Positions 63,122 to 64,000 of a stretch of DNA of 64,000 nucleotides are shown here, one piece after another (within the stretch, counting starts at the first letter, position 1; every line of letters begins with the position of its first letter). The translations under genes were made by a program, and so were the position numbers. This DNA comes from Malacoraja senta (Eukaryota), in NCBI GenBank assembly GCA_038087875.1, contig CM075985.1:25110001-25174000 (forward strand), given 5' to 3'. Under the pieces are notes generated by a model, which made no database searches, was not told the origin of the DNA, and saw only the letters and a list, made by a program, of their open reading frames with translations.

Positions 63122-64000
63122 TAGTCATAGTCATAGAGTGATAGTGTGGAAACAGGCCCTTCAGCCCAACTTGCCCACACCGGCCAACATGTCCCAGCTA
63201 CACTAGTCCCACCTGCGTGTGCTTGATCCATATTCCTCCAAACCTGTCCTATCCATGTACCTGTCCAAGTGTTTCTTAAACATTGGGATGGTCCCAGCCT
63301 CAACTACCTCCTCTGGCAGCTTGTTCCATACACGCACCACCCTTGGTGTGAAAAAGTTACCCCTCAGATTCCTATTAATGTTTTTCCCCTTCACCTTGAA
63401 CCAATGTCCTCTGGTCCTCGATTCCCCTACTCTGGGCAAGAGATTCTGTGCATCTACCCGATCTATTCCTCTCATGATTTTATATACCTCTATAAGATCA
63501 CGCCTCATCCTCCTGCTCTCCAAGGAATAGAGACCCAGCCAACTCAACCTCTCCCTATAGCTCAGACCCTCTAGTCCTGGCAACATCTTCAGAAATCTTC
63601 TCTGAACCCTTTCAAGCTTGACAATATCTTTCCTATAACATGGTGCCCAGAACTGAACACAATATTCTTAATGCGGTCTCAGCAACATGGCCTCCCAACT
63701 ACTATACTCTATACTCTGACTGATGGCCAATGTGCCAAAAGCCTTTTTGACCATCTTATCTACCTGCGACTCGACCTTCAAGGATCCATTTGCCTGCACT
63801 CCTAGATCCCTCTGCTCAACAACACTCCCCAGAGGCCTCCCATTCACTGTGTAGGTCCTGCCCGTGTTAGATGTCCAAAAATGCAACACCTCACATTTCT
63901 TGGTATTAAATTCCATCAACCATTCCTCAGCCCACCTGGTCAATCGATCAAGATCCTGCTGCAATCATTCACAGCCATCTTCACTATCTGCAAAACCACC
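63122..64000 (-). mobile_element. CR1 3' fragment (runs off window)
   Basis: [23 protein letters not shown]; LGLYSLE-RRMR-DLIEVYK; VWNKLPEEVVEAG; (gactat)n tail. Confidence 0.93.

Overview
Vertebrate genomic DNA, most likely a cartilaginous fish (skate/ray-type CR1, HE1-like SINE and Penelope-like repeats; inference). The window is the middle of one minus-strand gel-forming mucin gene, most similar to MUC19. It runs off both ends of the window and the ORF track largely misses it. Reading right to left: three Cys-rich exons encode the end of the VWF D3 assembly (TIL3/E3: [21 protein letters not shown]...[18 protein letters not shown]...[14 protein letters not shown]), then four diverged Thr/Ser-rich micro-exons, then a ~45 kb tandem array (1-45030) of a ~1.9 kb exon+intron unit. 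Each full unit carries three phase 1-1 micro-exons: A (54 nt, [18 protein letters not shown]), C (42 nt, [14 protein letters not shown]) and B (48 nt, [16 protein letters not shown]), spliced A>C>B into a 48-aa PTS repeat. I count 24 intact A, 21 B and 24 C exons (~1,100 aa). Deletion variants remove whole exons without frameshift. A degenerate full-length Ty3/Gypsy element (45031-49334) marks the edge of the homogenised array. The D3 cysteine equivalent to the interchain Cys of VWF (C1142) and MUC2 (C1130) appears to be replaced by Tyr.
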